Assembly: GCA_963817915.1 (NCBI GenBank) | Contig: CAWFQL010000017.1 | Span: 96,001 to 160,000 of the forward strand | Origin: an uncultured candidate division Zixibacteria bacterium | GTDB taxonomy: Bacteria; Zixibacteria; MSB-5A5; UBA10806 | Direction of reading: 5' to 3' | Length of the DNA stretch: 64,000 nucleotides | In this document: positions 10,523-20,540 of the stretch, one piece after another | How positions within the stretch are numbered: position 1 is the stretch's first letter | How the letters are laid out: the number at the start of each line of letters is the position of its first letter | Program-made: the position numbers and the translations under genes | The notes under the pieces: model-generated | What the model was told of the DNA's origin: nothing | Databases searched by the model: none | The model's input: only the letters and a program-made list of their open reading frames with translations

Positions 10523-11286
10523 CGAAATTCGTGAGAATAAAGATCGATGACGATATCAAATGGGGAATGGTCGAAGGCGATTCGGTAGCGCTGCTAAACA
10601 CACCGCCGTGGGAAGGAAGCTTCGAATCAGGGGATAGAGTGCCTCTCGATTTAATGAAATTGGCCGCTCCGGTAGCTCCCACAAAAATAGTATTGATCGG
10701 ATTAAATTATCACGCGCATATCAAGGAATCGCAATCGGCCTCGGCAGTGCCGGAAGAGCCGGTGATTTTTATGAAGCCATTGACCGCTCTTATCGGACCC
10801 AATGATAATATTGTATATCCCAAGGGTGTTGACAGGGTTGATTACGAGGGAGAGCTGGCTGTTATTATTGGAAAGAAATTATCGAAGGTTGATGAGCATA
10901 TAGCCGCAGAGGGGATTTTCGGGTACACGTGCCTTAATGACGTAACCGCGCGCAATCTCCAGAAGAAAGATGTCCAATGGACCCGCGCCAAGGGATTCGA
11001 TAGTTTTTGCCCGATAGGTCCATTTCTTGTAACCGGAATCGACCCATTGAATCTGAAAATCGAGACAGTCTTGAACAATGACAAAAAGCAATCATCGAAT
11101 ACATCATTTCAGATCTGGAATGTTTTCAAGCTGGTGAGTTTTATTTCGAAGGTGATGACATTATTGCCGGGGGATGTTATTTCGACGGGCACTCCAGAAG
11201 GCATAGGGCCGGTCAAACCGGGCGACAGGATGAAGATTACAATCGAGAATATCGGGACTTTGGAGAACGGAGTAATCGCCGGATGA
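10519..11286 (+). CDS. Fumarylacetoacetate hydrolase family protein
   Basis: GLNY, FMKP, DYEGEL, NDVTAR, KGFDSFCPIGP, TGTPEG. Confidence 0.93.
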   Translation: MTKFVRIKIDDDIKWGMVEGDSVALLNTPPWEGSFESGDRVPLDLMKLAAPVAPTKIVLIGLNYHAHIKESQSASAVPEEPVIFMKPLTALIGPNDNIVYPKGVDRVDYEGELAVIIGKKLSKVDEHIAAEGIFGYTCLNDVTARNLQKKDVQWTRAKGFDSFCPIGPFLVTGIDPLNLKIETVLNNDKKQSSNTSFQIWNVFKLVSFISKVMTLLPGDVISTGTPEGIGPVKPGDRMKITIENIGTLENGVIAG

Positions 11287-13105
11287 TTAACGGAATTTTA
11301 GCGGCCATAATTTTATTTAGTACTCCGCCGGGATTATCTGCAGAAGTATCTTCGGATTATCATATAAAGGTTGTCCTCGATACTACAACTCATTCGTTGA
11401 GCGGTTTCGAGGGCATCAGTTTCGTAAATCCAACATCTATGACTCTAGATAAAATCTGTTTTCATTTATATCCGAACGCGTTTAAAGATACTTCTTCGGT
11501 TTTCTGCCGTGAGAATTCCGGAGTCAGGAGCCGGGTGTTGGCGGGTGATACGGCGGCTTTGGATGTGAATGGAATGATTATAAATGGTGATCTGGTGGAT
11601 TCAACTAGAATTACCCGGAGCGGCACTCTAATGTATATCACTCTTGATAAACCTTTAATGCCGGATAGCGAATTGTCGGTATCGTTGAATTTCAATTTAA
11701 AAATTCCGCGGACGATTGAACGATTTGGCTATGATCATCGGGGGAATTACCTTCTGACGCAATGGTTTCCGATTTTGGCGGGGTATCAGAATGATCGTCT
11801 TATCGATTGTGAATATCATGCTAATACGGAATTTTTCTCGAATTTTTCAAATTATAAAGTCATGATTACGACTCCGGCCAATTTTGAATTGGGAGCATCG
11901 GGCGAAATATCATTATTAGAAAAGGATAGCATTAATGCGAATGGTGGCAGGTCGAGGCGGATACGGTGATCGATTTTGCGTTCGCATGCGGCCCCAAATT
12001 CAAGAAATTCGAATCTGACACGCTGGGAATTAAATTCCGTTACCTGCTCACAGATGAGCGAGCCGATTACTTTAATAAAATCGATGATACTACCAAGAAA
12101 ACTATAGCATATAATTCCGAGAGATTATTCAAATATCCGTATAAGACAATCACGTTAGTTGATTTTAATTCAGGGGCGGGCGGAATGGAGATGCCGGGAA
12201 TGGTGCAGGTAACATTCCCCGATGGCAAACCGGGTGTTTCCGATTCGTCTGAATTCACTATGGGAATTGTCCACGAAGCCACACACGAATGGTTTTACGC
12301 GACTATTGCGACCAATCAATTCGATGATCCCTGGCTGGATGAGGGGATTACTACCTATATGACGAGCAGAATATTAAATTATTATAATATTCCATTTAGA
12401 TTTATCGGGCCGCTTGGGTATGAAATTTCGGGTCATACAGGCGAACGGGCGATCGGGCTTTTCATGAAAGCCGATTTTCCTATTAATATGAAGAGCTGGG
12501 ATTACCCGGATATGTTTTCCTACAATGCGATAATCTACGAGAGAGCCTCGCTTGTTATGCAGACAATCGAAGGGGTCATGGGACGTGATGAATTCGATAA
12601 GGCTCTGAAAAATTACGCTAATCAATATCGGTTTCGCCATCCCAATAGCAATGATTTGGAAAAAGTGTTATCGTCGCAGACCAATATCGATCTTTCGAAA
12701 ATCTATTCTCAATTTATCGACGGTACGGCGAGGGTTGATTATGAAATTCGATCTATGAGCTATACGCCGGCCGCAGTTGCTTTAGCAGATTCAAATTACA
12801 ATTATGATGTCAAAGTCGAGGCGGGCCGTGTTCTTGATGGCCAATTGCCGCAGCAGGTATCATTGGTTCTGGAAGACGGAACCAAAATCGACACAACCTG
12901 GGATGGTCAATCGAAAGTCAAAGTGTTTGAATTCAAGACGAAATCAAGGCCGAAATATGCTGTAATTGATCCAGAGAATATATATTCAATCGACGAGAAT
13001 AGAATCAATAATAGCCTTTCTATCAATGCTCGCGGAGCCAGACAAGCATCATTTGAGTGGGATATCATATTTGCGGTGGAGTTTTTGCTTTCATGGCTTT
13101 TATAA
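11283..13105 (+). pseudogene. M1 family metallo-aminopeptidase, split by a 1-bp frameshift near 11940 (may be an assembly error)
   Basis: N-terminal half 11283-11969 with signal peptide and QWFP; C-terminal half with GGME, HEATHEW and DEG; the frames join as ...WWQVEADTVIDFAF. Confidence 0.8.
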
Positions 13106-13935
13106 AGAAAATATTTAAGAATAATATAGTAATCTCGGCATTGTTATTCCAAGCGTTAGAGGTAGCCGGGGCGTTTCTGATAATGGCGCCGATACTGGTA
13201 TATTTGCGGATTATTATGGAAAAATCGGTAATGTCATCGCAATTATGGCCTGTCATTTCGCCCGATCTTTTAAGCGATATTTTATTGAATTACGATCAAG
13301 CTCTGGGGATATATGCCTTAGCGGCCATAATCATATTATTTGTGTATCTGCCGTTGAAGAATCTCATGGCCGGGGGAATTTACAATATCATTCTATTTGG
13401 GAGTGATTGGAATTCCGATTTGCAATCGAGGACATTTCTTGAGCGGGCATCTGATGCCTGGGTCGGGTTTCTCAAAGTAGTATTATTCGCTGCGCCTGTT
13501 TATATAGTCGTGTTATTTTTGGGATTTATTTTTGGCAATATATTAAGCCACATCAGCCTAATCGTAGCGTTCGTATTGTTTTTTATATTTTTCATAATGG
13601 GATCATCGTTATTGCAGATATTAAGAATCAAAATGGTAATGGAAAATCAATATCGTTTGCGTGCGACGCTGCTGGCGATTAAGATTCCATTGAAAAACTC
13701 CTTCTGGCGACTGGTTATCGGCAATATTTCGGTCAGCGCAGTAGCCCTTATTATCGTTTTTATTTTATGGACAATATTGAAGGCGGTTCGGGGTGATGAA
13801 TGGAATTATTGGGCAGCATTATTATCATTTATTGTTCAGCAATTAATGGTTTTTATCATCTGCCTGGCGCAGACATTAAGGCTAAATTTCAATTATTCAG
13901 TTATTAGAAGAGGTAATGAAGATGTATTGGGATGA
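13093..13935 (+). CDS. Hypothetical polytopic membrane protein
   Basis: About six hydrophobic segments; overlaps both neighbours, suggesting an operon; start placed at MAFIKK. Confidence 0.7.
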   Translation: MAFIKKIFKNNIVISALLFQALEVAGAFLIMAPILVYLRIIMEKSVMSSQLWPVISPDLLSDILLNYDQALGIYALAAIIILFVYLPLKNLMAGGIYNIILFGSDWNSDLQSRTFLERASDAWVGFLKVVLFAAPVYIVVLFLGFIFGNILSHISLIVAFVLFFIFFIMGSSLLQILRIKMVMENQYRLRATLLAIKIPLKNSFWRLVIGNISVSAVALIIVFILWTILKAVRGDEWNYWAALLSFIVQQLMVFIICLAQTLRLNFNYSVIRRGNEDVLG

Positions 13936-14644
13936 ACTGAACTGGGCAGAATTCGAGAGATTGATCCCCGATAAATATGACACTGCGATTTTGCCCATTG
14001 GTACTATCGAGGCTCATGGCGTGGCACCGTTGGGAACAGACAATATGATTCCAGCCAAGATGGCCAATTTAATAGCCGACGATCTAAAGGCGATCGTTGC
14101 CCCTACAATTCCATATGGAATCACGCGGACATTATTGGCATATTCGGGATCGTTGACAGTCACCCCGGAGACATTCGAGAAATATGTCACCGAAACTATG
14201 CTTTCGATAGCCGATTGTAAATTCAAAAAACTAATTGTGCTCAATGGCCATGGTGGCCATCTCGAACAACTTGGCCGAGCGGCGAGGGAAGTCTGGACTG
14301 CCAAAAAGATTAAGGTAGCGGTTGTTCATTGGTGGATGTGCTGCGACGATATTGTCGAGAAAATATATGGCATCGGCGGAGGCCATGCGGCGACTGATGA
14401 AAATGCGGCGATACAGGCGTTCAGGCCAGAACTGATAAAAAAGGAGCTTTATTCCGACGATATGGTTTATTTGCAGCCGCCTGGATTTACTGTATATCCC
14501 AATCCGGCAACGATTCTGGCATATAAAGAAAAAGCTGGATATATCAATTTCGATCAGAAAAAAGCAGAACAGTATTTTAAGGAAGCGGTCGAACGGGTCA
14601 AGATGCATATCCTCGAGATTTTTCGCAGGTGGGAACGGCTATAA
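13916..14644 (+). CDS. Creatininase family amidohydrolase
   Basis: LPIGTIEAHG, GTD, NGHGG, HA..DEN motifs. Confidence 0.9.
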   Translation: MKMYWDELNWAEFERLIPDKYDTAILPIGTIEAHGVAPLGTDNMIPAKMANLIADDLKAIVAPTIPYGITRTLLAYSGSLTVTPETFEKYVTETMLSIADCKFKKLIVLNGHGGHLEQLGRAAREVWTAKKIKVAVVHWWMCCDDIVEKIYGIGGGHAATDENAAIQAFRPELIKKELYSDDMVYLQPPGFTVYPNPATILAYKEKAGYINFDQKKAEQYFKEAVERVKMHILEIFRRWERL

Positions 14645-14759
14645 TCTGTGCGTGCAGATGACCGACAGCACTATTTTTGTGCGTCGATTTTGAGAATGGA
14701 ACTTAAACTATTTTGCCCAAGTATAGGTCTAAGGATATGTTAGAGCAAGCAGGCCGTAA

Positions 14760-14775
14760 CGGCATAAGGTTTGCT
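14760..14775 (+). promoter_or_regulatory. Possible sigma54 -24/-12 element
   Basis: cGGCATaaggtTTGCt has GG-N10-GC spacing. Confidence 0.35.
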
Positions 14776-14820
14776 TTAAGAGATCTTGTGTTCTTTGAAA
14801 ACTTAATCGAGTCAAATCTA

Positions 14821-14849
14821 TTGACAGCATTTTGGACTTGTGATACAAT
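14821..14849 (+). promoter_or_regulatory. Sigma70-type promoter, probably giving a leaderless mRNA
   Basis: TTGACA-17 nt-TACAAT with extended -10 TG; ATG starts 7 nt after the -10 box and there is no RBS. Confidence 0.65.
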
Positions 14850-14855
14850 CGGCCT

Positions 14856-15650
14856 ATGATTCTACGTAATGCGATAATAGTTGTAGTGACATTGTTTTCG
14901 ACGGCCATTGCTCAGTATGAGACGAGCCAGGATTCTATTTATAGCCGGATGACTGTTCCGAAAACGGAATTGCGATGGATAATGGATACCCCGACCGCGG
15001 GCATGCTTCCGCGGGGAGCATTCGATATGGATATGAGAACCTTCCCGACCGGCGGCTTGCAGGCATCGCTAATGATAGGATTGATGGATCGTTTTTCGGT
15101 GGGATTCGGTTATCAGGCCGCCAGAGCCTTGACCGACGCTGTCCCCGAATGGGGTCCCCGCCCAGAGTTTCTATTCAGATTCAGACTTCATGAAGAGACC
15201 GGAGGGTTGCCGGCAATAGCAGTCGGTTTTAGCTCTCTCGGCTACGGCGCCTGGGATAAGGATAGAAAACGGTACATGGTAAAATCGAAGGGCTTCTATC
15301 TATCATTCTCAAAGAATTTCAAATTGTACTCGAATCCGGCCGGATGGCACTGGGGAATAAATTACAGCTTCGAAAGCAAGACCGATAATGACCCATCGGG
15401 TTTTGTGGGATTCAATACCGATCTCGGCGACGAGATGACATTCTTAGCGGAATACGATCTGGGGATTAACGACAACAAGCCTGATTCAATTTACGGTCTA
15501 GGCCGCGGATTTCTGAATCTCGGGATAGTCTGGTATATCACAGATGAACTGTCATTAGAGCTCGATCTTAAAGATCTCCTCAAGAATCGAAGACACACCG
15601 AAGCGATTGATCGCGAGGCGAGATTGGTGCTTGTGGAATATTTCTATTAG
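14856..15650 (+). CDS. Outer-membrane beta-barrel protein (YjbH-like)
   Basis: Signal peptide, DTPTAG motif, alternating beta strands, C-terminal aromatic residue. Confidence 0.6.
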   Translation: MILRNAIIVVVTLFSTAIAQYETSQDSIYSRMTVPKTELRWIMDTPTAGMLPRGAFDMDMRTFPTGGLQASLMIGLMDRFSVGFGYQAARALTDAVPEWGPRPEFLFRFRLHEETGGLPAIAVGFSSLGYGAWDKDRKRYMVKSKGFYLSFSKNFKLYSNPAGWHWGINYSFESKTDNDPSGFVGFNTDLGDEMTFLAEYDLGINDNKPDSIYGLGRGFLNLGIVWYITDELSLELDLKDLLKNRRHTEAIDREARLVLVEYFY

Positions 15651-15663
15651 ACAGGAGTGGTTT

Positions 15664-16161
15664 ATGAAAAGGCTAATAATGACCGCCCTGACGGCGGTTT
15701 TTTTGTCGGTAATCATTCAGGGATGCTATACCCAATTTAAATCCAATGAGCCGAAGACAGGCGAACGGGATTATAGCGATTACCAATACTACGATGATTA
15801 TTATTATAGCCCATTTTATTATGGAATGGGATGGTATCAGCCATATTTTTACTATCCTTATCCATCATTTTATGGATACATGTATTCGCCATGGTGGTAC
15901 GATCCCTGGTATTATTATTACGATGACGGGACTCATAACTTATTTCCCAGTAATGGCAGCAAGGCAATTCGAAGCAGGGGTTCGCGAGATGGTTCGATAC
16001 CTCAGACGCCCGGATTTCAATATTCACCTCCAGCCCCGGCTCAGCCGCCCAGGGGAGGTACTGTGGAAAGCAATCCGCCATCTCCACCGCCATCAAATAA
16101 CAATCCTCCCGATAAAAAGGAACCCAGGGAATCAGGCAAATCAACACGCGGCAGAAGATAA
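15664..16161 (+). CDS. Tyr-rich, Pro-rich lipoprotein
   Basis: MKRLIM...IQGC lipobox, Tyr/Trp-rich core, Pro/Arg/Ser-rich tail; GGAG RBS before ATG 15664. Confidence 0.75.
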   Translation: MKRLIMTALTAVFLSVIIQGCYTQFKSNEPKTGERDYSDYQYYDDYYYSPFYYGMGWYQPYFYYPYPSFYGYMYSPWWYDPWYYYYDDGTHNLFPSNGSKAIRSRGSRDGSIPQTPGFQYSPPAPAQPPRGGTVESNPPSPPPSNNNPPDKKEPRESGKSTRGRR

Positions 16162-16171
16162 GGGGGAATGA

Positions 16172-17461
16172 ATGAAATCAATTAAAATTAGAAATACCGT
16201 TATAGTATTTGGTACGACAATTCTGACGCTATTTTTGGCGCAGCTTTTATTGGCGCAGATTTACGATGATCCAAGCATGGTTTATGAGCCCGCCACCGAA
16301 GGCGGTTTTATTCCGGGCGCTCGCGCCGCCGGGATGGGCGGTGCCCAAATTGCCGCCGGAAATGATGGTTCCGCGCTTTGGTATAATCCTGCCTTGATTA
16401 CACGAATCAGGAAAACCGAACTCTCAGCAACATTGACTCATCAGAGAATAACGAATAAAACCACGTTTCCGTTTTATTCTATACCTTCAGCCGTTGTAAG
16501 CAATACCAGGCTTGGATCACTTTGGGCGATCTATCCATTGGCGACTGTAAGAGGCGGACTATCTCTGGGATTGTCGATCAATCGGGTAAAAAGTTTTGAC
16601 AGAATATTCCGTTACGCCTCAAGCCCGACTTGGATTGATAGGCCTAATGTCGATGGCTGGGGTGGCGGCGAAGATGAATCGGGTGGACTTTGGGCTTATT
16701 CATTTGGTGCGGCTGTTGAAGTCTCTCCAAAGGTGAGTGTTGGCGGGTCGTTGGATATACTCGATGGAACTGATAATTACGGCTTTTTCTTCAATTCATT
16801 GTCGTTATCAGGAACTCATACGTTTGATGAAACCAAAGAAATCAACGATAGCTATACCGGTATAAGCGGCAAAATAGGGGCGACATATTCTGCCAATAAT
16901 TACCTGACATTGGGCGCCATAGTCGGATTACCGCAAAGTATCAATGTCGATCAAACATCCAGCCATTTTATAAATGAGACCGATAGTTTGCCATACTCAT
17001 TTCGTGGAGCGATTTCTTATCGTTATTCATTACCGTTCTCATTCGGCGCGGGAGCGGCATTCTCATTCAACGGGCTTATAATTACTGGGGACTTCAAATA
17101 TCTCGATTATTCTCAGCTTGAATATCAATCCGGGATAGACTCTATATCGCTGGCCAATATGACAGCCAGGCACTATTACAAGGAAACATTCAATCTCCAC
17201 GCTGGGGCGGAATATTCAATCCCTGGGACAACATTAAAAGTAAGAGCGGGGTATTATCGAGAGCCGATACCATTCAAAGGCAATTTAGTTGAAATAGAGC
17301 CTAATTATTATACTATGGGATTAGGCTATATCGTAGATAATAATCTGAATTTCGATTTCGCGCTTATGAACGGCTCGTGGAAACGTAATGATGTCAATCT
17401 TGAATACAAGGAAAAATATTCTCCGCTTCGTTTCATGCTGACAATGTCATATAGATTGTAG
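16172..17461 (+). CDS. OmpP1/FadL/TodX family outer-membrane transporter
   Basis: GARAAGMGGA and WYNPA hatch motifs, amphipathic beta strands, terminal SYRL. Confidence 0.8.
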   Translation: MKSIKIRNTVIVFGTTILTLFLAQLLLAQIYDDPSMVYEPATEGGFIPGARAAGMGGAQIAAGNDGSALWYNPALITRIRKTELSATLTHQRITNKTTFPFYSIPSAVVSNTRLGSLWAIYPLATVRGGLSLGLSINRVKSFDRIFRYASSPTWIDRPNVDGWGGGEDESGGLWAYSFGAAVEVSPKVSVGGSLDILDGTDNYGFFFNSLSLSGTHTFDETKEINDSYTGISGKIGATYSANNYLTLGAIVGLPQSINVDQTSSHFINETDSLPYSFRGAISYRYSLPFSFGAGAAFSFNGLIITGDFKYLDYSQLEYQSGIDSISLANMTARHYYKETFNLHAGAEYSIPGTTLKVRAGYYREPIPFKGNLVEIEPNYYTMGLGYIVDNNLNFDFALMNGSWKRNDVNLEYKEKYSPLRFMLTMSYRL

Positions 17462-17485
17462 ATAAATTAATACTGTAGTTCAAGG

Positions 17486-17521
17486 TGTCGCAGGGTCGCC
17501 GTACCAGGCGACATTTTTTTT
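17486..17521 (+). terminator. Intrinsic terminator
   Basis: tgtcgc...gcgaca stem followed by T8. Confidence 0.7.
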
Positions 17522-17572
17522 AATGACGGAGACCCGCCACCATACGATGTTGACTGAAGACTATCCGGGTCG

Positions 17573-17788
17573 TCGTCATTGCGAATCCGCCTTCGGCGGA
17601 TATGGCAATCTCACTGCGCGAATGTATATACTTTCGTATATTTTTATACAGTATTTTTAAGTTATATTACTCCCGAATCAATGTTCTCACGGCGATGAGA
17701 TTGCCATGGCCGGCGTACGCCGGCCTCGCAATGACGATATGATGTCGGGTTTCTCATCCGCCTATGGCGGATTCGGAACGCCGACCTA
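17573..17788. repeat. REP-like nested palindromic element
   Basis: Two 12-bp inverted-repeat pairs (tcgtcattgcga/tcgcaatgacga and atggcaatctca/tgagattgccat) plus hairpins atccgccttcggcggat, ggccggcgtacgccggcc and atccgcctatggcggat. Confidence 0.75.
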
Positions 17789-17850
17789 CCCTTGCTTTTA
17801 GCATTGACAATCAAAGACCATAATTATTTTATAGGCAGCGGAGAAATGAT

Positions 17851-19038
17851 ATGCTGTCACTTGCTTTACTGTTTGTTCTCACTGTCTTATTAATACGAAT
17901 CAAATTTCCCATAGGATTTGCATTATTGATTGGAGCGATTTTCCTGGGGATTTATCATTTCGGATTAAAAAATGAATTTTGGATGATGCTGTATAATTCA
18001 TTAAAGAATCTCGAAAGCTGGAAATTGGTTTTGACAGTGTCATTGATTTTGACATTCGCGAATATTTACGAGGACGAAGGTTTTGTAAAATCGATGGTCG
18101 ATTCATTGAAATCATTTTTGCCGCCAAGCTGGGTGGCAATAACCGGACCTGCAATAATCGGATTGCTGCCTATGCCTGGCGGGGCTATGGTTTCGGCGCC
18201 ATTGGTTAAAGAGATTGCATCGGGGACTGATGCCACACCGGCAGAATTAACCGCTGTCAATTATTGGTGGCGGCACGTTTGGGAGACAACATGGCCGTTG
18301 TATCCAAGCATTATTCTGGCCGCGGCGGTGCTCAATGTTTCAGTATGGAATGTAGCCATGATCAATTTTCCTATCAGCATAATGTGCATTATAACCGGAC
18401 TATTTTTAAAAAAAATCGGTCCAAGACATATTCAATCGCCTCATTTCAATGGCCTAAAATTACTTCTGTCGCTATGGCCGTTGATCTTTATTGTTTTGTT
18501 GGGGCTGATTTTTAAGATCGATCTGATTCTTTCCGTGGTTTTCGTAATTTTGGTGGTTGTTCTTACACAACGAATTCATATCAATAAAATATGGAACGGG
18601 ATCAAACGAGGTTTTGCATTCGATATTATCGCTCTTATCTTCGGTGTGATGACTCTGATGAATGCTATCGAAACAACAGGAACTGCCGGACATTTTTATG
18701 ATGAATTGGTGATTCTTCATATACCATCATTTTTGGTTGTATTTGTTGTTCCATTTGTGGTGGGGCTTTTGACCGGAGTGACATCGGCATACATTGGTGT
18801 GGCATTTCCGGTTATAATGCCGATGGTTGGCACGGCAGATCTTACTCAGTCCGCAGGAATGCTTTTAGCATTCGCAGGCGGCTTTATGGGGGTAATCGCC
18901 TCGCCGGTTCATCTATGTCTGGTGCTTACACAGAAGTATTTTGGGGCCTCATTTTTGAGGACATTAAGGCTCCTGGCAATTCCAATAATAATGACTTCTG
19001 TTATTTCCTGGATTGTGGCTTTGTATATTTATCAGTAA
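17851..19038 (+). CDS. DUF401 family membrane protein (ion-transporter superfamily)
   Basis: IGLLPMPGGAMVSAP, NYWWRH..E..WPLY, SPVHLCL; ~11-12 TM helices. Confidence 0.85.
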   Translation: MLSLALLFVLTVLLIRIKFPIGFALLIGAIFLGIYHFGLKNEFWMMLYNSLKNLESWKLVLTVSLILTFANIYEDEGFVKSMVDSLKSFLPPSWVAITGPAIIGLLPMPGGAMVSAPLVKEIASGTDATPAELTAVNYWWRHVWETTWPLYPSIILAAAVLNVSVWNVAMINFPISIMCIITGLFLKKIGPRHIQSPHFNGLKLLLSLWPLIFIVLLGLIFKIDLILSVVFVILVVVLTQRIHINKIWNGIKRGFAFDIIALIFGVMTLMNAIETTGTAGHFYDELVILHIPSFLVVFVVPFVVGLLTGVTSAYIGVAFPVIMPMVGTADLTQSAGMLLAFAGGFMGVIASPVHLCLVLTQKYFGASFLRTLRLLAIPIIMTSVISWIVALYIYQ

Positions 19039-19094
19039 TATTAATTTTAAAGTAAATATTTTATAATGTCGATACCATTCATAGGAGAAACAAT

Positions 19095-19295
19095 ATGAGC
19101 GATCTGGCTACTATAATAATGGGTATTTCTATCGTTGTTCTTGCCTGGACAATTGCGAGGATCAACGAGAAAATCGACAGACAGATAAAAAAATTCAAAA
19201 GATTTGAAGAAGCGCTTAAGAAAAATGCCACCGGCCGCATTAAGGGCGAGTATTCCGACAGCAAAAATCAGACAAATAGCGTTATCCGCCAGTAA
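19095..19295 (+). CDS. Small single-pass membrane protein
   Basis: AGGAG RBS, N-terminal hydrophobic helix, basic helical tail. Confidence 0.55.
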   Translation: MSDLATIIMGISIVVLAWTIARINEKIDRQIKKFKRFEEALKKNATGRIKGEYSDSKNQTNSVIRQ

Positions 19296-19381
19296 CTTAA
19301 ATCAATTCGAAAAAAATGAATATTTTAGGAACTCTCCGCATAAAATGCGGTATAATTGGTTGAATGTCGCAAAGGAGAATT

Positions 19382-20005
19382 ATGGCGAATTTGACCAAGC
19401 ATGGAAATGGAACCAAAGTGACTGATAAAGAGCTGATGGAATTGATCCAGGCAGGAGACGAGAAATCATTTAATGAATTGGTTAAGAGATATCAAGACCG
19501 ATTGCTGAATTTCGTAGGTCGAATCGTTAATGATCAGGAGACGGCCGAGGAATTAATTCAGGAGACATTTTTAAGAATCTTCAATCAACGAAACAGCTAT
19601 ACGCCCGAATTTGCAGTATCTACTTGGATTTATACTATCGCATTGAACCTTGCTCGTTCCGAGCTGCGAAAAAGAAAATTGCGGAAATTTATCAGCCTCG
19701 ATTTTTTAAAGGAAGAATCCGATATCGAAATAGCGGATAAAACCAATCTTTCGGTACAGAGCCTGGCCCCAGTTCTGCAAAAGGCTATCGAAAGGTTGCC
19801 GGATGACTACAGGGAAGCATTTATTCTATGTGATATTCAGCGTTTGCCCTACCAGCAGATCGCTGAAGTATTGAGAGTACCGGTAGGTACAGTAAAATCG
19901 AGAATAAACAGAGCAAGGGCTATGTTGAGAGATGTCCTTAAACCATACAAGGAGATTTATTATGAATTGTCGAGGGGTATCCCGCAGACTATCAGCCTTT
20001 ATTGA
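19382..20005 (+). CDS. ECF sigma-70 factor (RpoE/SigW-like)
   Basis: AEELIQETFL, STWIYTIALN, IAEVLRVPVGTVKSRINRAR; AAGGAG RBS before ATG 19382. Confidence 0.92.
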   Translation: MANLTKHGNGTKVTDKELMELIQAGDEKSFNELVKRYQDRLLNFVGRIVNDQETAEELIQETFLRIFNQRNSYTPEFAVSTWIYTIALNLARSELRKRKLRKFISLDFLKEESDIEIADKTNLSVQSLAPVLQKAIERLPDDYREAFILCDIQRLPYQQIAEVLRVPVGTVKSRINRARAMLRDVLKPYKEIYYELSRGIPQTISLY

Positions 20006-20531
20006 TGACGATCTATCCCCCGGCATCAAGCAGGCGGTCGATGAGCATCTGGCCTGTTGTGCGAAATGCAAGCGGCGGATGACTGAGCTTGAGACTATCG
20101 TCAGGGCGGCTCATGAATTGCCCTCGCTGAATATCTCTCAGGGGTTTTCCGAACGGGTTGTTCAGGCGGTTCATAGCCGAAAGGAATCAAGTTTTGTTCT
20201 CGGCGCAATTCGTTTTAGATTCGTATTCGCCGGAGCGTCGTTTGTCGCCACCGCTTTAGTCGTATTCTTTCTGATAGGTCCCAAATCCGGCCTTAATGAT
20301 TCTTCATCATTCGCGTCGAAACAGGCGCGGCCCTCGTTGAATGCTACCGCCCCAGATTTTTATACAAATCCGGGGATGAAAGTCGATAGCTTCCCAGTGC
20401 CCGAATCAGCCATGAAAAGAGATCTATCGGGTCTGGATAGTTTGATGATGGCAGACACGTCGTCCCGTATCGATGAGTTTATTTTGCCCGAAGTTCAAAA
20501 GGCAAAAGAAAATGTTAACGTTAAATTTTAA
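19962..20531 (+). CDS. Cognate zf-HC2 anti-sigma factor
   Basis: MNC...LSAFIDDDL...HLACCAKC, one TM helix; overlaps the sigma gene. Confidence 0.85.
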   Translation: MNCRGVSRRLSAFIDDDLSPGIKQAVDEHLACCAKCKRRMTELETIVRAAHELPSLNISQGFSERVVQAVHSRKESSFVLGAIRFRFVFAGASFVATALVVFFLIGPKSGLNDSSSFASKQARPSLNATAPDFYTNPGMKVDSFPVPESAMKRDLSGLDSLMMADTSSRIDEFILPEVQKAKENVNVKF

Positions 20532-20540
20532 AGGATTTTA

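Noticed and set aside
17573..17788. CRISPR array or tRNA
   Set aside because: The repeats are inverted, with no regular direct repeat-spacer period and no cloverleaf or T-loop motif
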